Shown piece by piece: positions 63,881 through 64,000 of a stretch of 64,000 bases of DNA (position 1 is the first letter of the stretch; the number at the start of each line of letters is the position of its first letter). Source of the stretch: Heterodontus francisci. Its lineage: Eukaryota. The DNA is taken from positions 96,976,352-97,040,351 of the forward strand of contig NC_090382.1 of NCBI RefSeq assembly GCF_036365525.1, read 5' to 3'. The notes beneath the pieces were generated by a model. It made no database searches, was not told the DNA's origin, and worked only from the letters and a program-made list of their open reading frames with translations. The position numbers and the translations under genes were made by a program.

Positions 63881-64000
63881 TTTTAATTGCTGCCATAAAG
63901 GACTATTTCTCACACAATGAGACTACAGGTATTTCAGGTAGGTTCAATTGATACCACTCTTCCTCTTAGTCAGAAGCTTAATACCAGGAGTAAAAACAGA

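Noticed and set aside
54188-64000. Search for LARS1 exon 3 (FPYPYMNG, HIGH-motif region)
   Set aside because: Not found in the window; the intron probably extends past base 64000, so this is not evidence of gene truncation.

Overview
Vertebrate nuclear DNA, almost certainly a cartilaginous fish (shark or ray), judged from its repeats: HE1-type V-SINEs, Deu-domain SINEs, abundant CR1/L2, Penelope and Harbinger remnants. I reconstructed four spliced genes by hand. On the minus strand, in tandem: a complete but divergent SPCS3-like gene (5 coding exons, 177 aa, with an AT-AC U12 intron), a complete SRA1/SRAP gene (5 coding exons) and a complete NUDCD2 gene (4 coding exons, 157 aa, plus a probable non-coding first exon). 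Head-to-head with NUDCD2, on the plus strand, are the first two coding exons of LARS1; the two genes share a ZNF143/NRF1/ETS bidirectional promoter. Most of the remainder is nested transposon debris. The main items for follow-up are: (1) the SPCS3-like gene looks like a retained second paralog (ohnolog candidate) of an otherwise single-copy, highly conserved signal-peptidase subunit; (2) a TSD-flanked, two-piece templated insertion forms nested inverted repeats around its first exon; (3) a two-copy non-autonomous element with subterminal inverted repeats carries CTCF, YY1, NRF1 and CRE motifs; (4) Penelope-derived fold-back elements carry minimal hammerhead ribozyme motifs; (5) SRA1 has a second 5' splice donor with a stop/start (ATGA) overlap. 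Protein comparisons use reference sequences recalled from memory, not database searches.
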